A stretch of DNA of 7,140 nucleotides, from the NCBI RefSeq assembly GCF_003334335.1, contig NZ_QOWQ01000073.1, one strand, 5' to 3'. This DNA is from Escherichia coli. Lineage in GTDB: Bacteria > Pseudomonadota > Gammaproteobacteria > Enterobacterales > Enterobacteriaceae. A program made the position numbers and the translations under genes. The notes under the pieces were generated by a model. The model was given only the letters and a program-made list of their open reading frames with translations, was not told the origin of the DNA and did not search any database. Of the stretch, positions 5,789-7,140 are shown piece by piece (position 1 is the first letter of the stretch; each line of letters opens with the position of its first letter).

Positions 5789-7140
5789 ATGAAACGACAT
5801 CTGAATACCTGCTACAGGCTGGTATGGAATCACATTACGGGCGCTTTCGTGGTTGCCTCCGAACTGGCCCGCGCACGGGGTAAACGTGGCGGTGTGGCGG
5901 TTGCACTGTCTCTTGCCGCGGTCACGTCACTCCCGGTGCTGGCTGCTGACATCGTTGTGCACCCGGGTGAAACAGTGAATGGCGGAACACTGGTAAACCA
6001 TGACAACCAGTTTGTATCCGGAACAGCTGATGGCGTGACTGTCAGTACCGGGCTTGAGCTGGGGCCGGACAGTGACGAAAACACCGGCGGGCAATGGATA
6101 AAAGCGGGTGGCACAGGCAGAAACACCACTGTCACCGCAAATGGTCGTCAGATTGTGCAGGCAGGAGGAACTGCCAGTGATACGGTTATTCGTGATGGCG
6201 GAGGGCAGAGCCTTAACGGACTGGCGGTGAACACCACGCTGGATAACAGAGGTGAGCAGTGGGTACACGGGGGAGGGAAAGCTGCCGGTACAATTATTAA
6301 CCAGGATGGTTACCAGACCATAAAACATGGCGGACTGGCAACCGGAACCATCGTCAACACCGGTGCAGAAGGTGGTCCGGAGTCTGAAAATGTGTCCAGC
6401 GGTCAGATGGTCGGAGGGACGGCTGAATCCACCACCATCAACAAAAATGGCCGGCAGGTTATCTGGTCTTCGGGGATGGCACGGGACACCCTCATTTACG
6501 CCGGTGGTGACCAGACGGTACACGGAGAGGCACATAACACCCGGCTGGAGGGGGGTAACCAGTATGTACACAACGGTGGCACGGCAACAGAGACGCTGAT
6601 AAACCGTGATGGCTGGCAGGTGATTAAGGAAGGAGGAACTGCCGCGCATACCACCATCAACCAGAAAGGAAAGCTGCAGGTGAATGCCGGCGGTAAAGCG
6701 TCTGATGTCACCCAGAACACGGGCGGTGCACTGGTTACCAGTACAGCTGCAACCGTCACCGGCACAAACCGCCTGGGAGCATTCTCCGTTGTGGCGGGTA
6801 AGGCTGATAATGTCGTACTGGAAAATGGCGGACGTCTGGATGTGCTGAGCGGACACACAGCCACTAATACCCGCGTGGATGATGGCGGAACGCTGGATGT
6901 CCGCAATGGTGGTACCGCTACCACCGTATCCATGGGGAATGGCGGGGTACTGCTGGCCGATTCCGGGGCCGCTGTCAGTGGTACCCGGAGCGACGGAACG
7001 GCATTCCGTATCGGAGGCGGTCAGGCGGATGCCCTGATGCTGGAAAAAGGCAGTTCCTTCACACTGAACGCCGGTGATACGGCCACGGATACCACGGTAA
7101 ATGGCGGACTGTTCACCGCCAGGGGCGGCACACTGGCGGG
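5789..7140 (+). CDS. flu: Antigen 43 (Ag43) self-associating autotransporter adhesin, 5' part (signal peptide plus passenger beta-helix); runs off the window end
   Basis: ATG 5789 with AAGGA (5777-5781) 7 nt upstream. Translation begins MKRHLNTCYRLVWNHITGAFVVASELARARGKRGGVAVALSLAAVTSLPVLAADIVVHPGETVNGG..., matching the Ag43 N-terminus including the extended autotransporter signal peptide. The frame is open to 7140 and shows the ~19-residue Gly/Thr/Asn-rich repeats typical of the passenger domain. Confidence 0.9.
   Translation, partial: MKRHLNTCYRLVWNHITGAFVVASELARARGKRGGVAVALSLAAVTSLPVLAADIVVHPGETVNGGTLVNHDNQFVSGTADGVTVSTGLELGPDSDENTGGQWIKAGGTGRNTTVTANGRQIVQAGGTASDTVIRDGGGQSLNGLAVNTTLDNRGEQWVHGGGKAAGTIINQDGYQTIKHGGLATGTIVNTGAEGGPESENVSSGQMVGGTAESTTINKNGRQVIWSSGMARDTLIYAGGDQTVHGEAHNTRLEGGNQYVHNGGTATETLINRDGWQVIKEGGTAAHTTINQKGKLQVNAGGKASDVTQNTGGALVTSTAATVTGTNRLGAFSVVAGKADNVVLENGGRLDVLSGHTATNTRVDDGGTLDVRNGGTATTVSMGNGGVLLADSGAAVSGTRSDGTAFRIGGGQADALMLEKGSSFTLNAGDTATDTTVNGGLFTARGGTLA
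6100..7140 (+). repeat. Degenerate ~57-bp (19-20 codon) periodic repeats encoding the Ag43 passenger beta-helix rungs
   Basis: Recurring units such as AGGTASDTVIRDGGGQSL / GGGKAAGTIINQDGYQTIK / NGGTATETLINRDGWQVIKEGGTAAHTTINQKG at roughly 19-20 residue spacing in the translation. These explain the long spurious antisense ORFs in this stretch. Confidence 0.7.

Noticed and set aside
5830-6933. Long minus-strand ORFs (5830..6135, 5927..6856, 6496..6933) and the + strand ORF 6327..6599 overlapping the Ag43 coding region
   Set aside because: They are antisense or alternate-frame to a confidently identified Ag43 reading frame. Their translations are Pro/Ser/Thr/Val-rich low-complexity strings typical of the reverse strand of a GC-rich repetitive gene.

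Overview
This window reads as part of an Enterobacteriaceae (E. coli-type) horizontally acquired island of the CP4-44/CP4-57 cryptic-prophage style. All calls rest on reading the sequence and on recalled family knowledge; no searches or folding were run. Left to right: a ~775-bp region with no convincing gene; an AlpA-family regulator (776-982, +); a 190-aa hypothetical protein (1068-1640, +); a convergent YfjI-like DUF3987 protein (1761-3251, -); a ~1.3-kb AT-rich spacer without convincing ORFs (3270-4540) that ends in an intrinsic-terminator-like hairpin; a YeeP/YfjP/YkfA-family GTPase (4583-5455, +); the Ag43 (flu/agn43) regulatory region with three clustered GATC sites (5561-5596) and a leader hairpin terminator (5724-5760); and the 5' 1.35 kb of the Ag43 autotransporter gene (5789 to window end, partial). 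The least explained signal is in the AT-rich spacer: a 30-bp perfect palindrome carrying the only two GATC sites in that spacer, flanked by a 13-bp perfect direct repeat, plus a short hydrophobic ORF and a terminator 17 nt upstream of the GTPase start. I did not recognise any tRNA, rRNA, CRISPR array or IS element. I cannot identify a defined novel system with confidence; the spacer and the hypothetical/DUF3987 gene pair are the best candidates.
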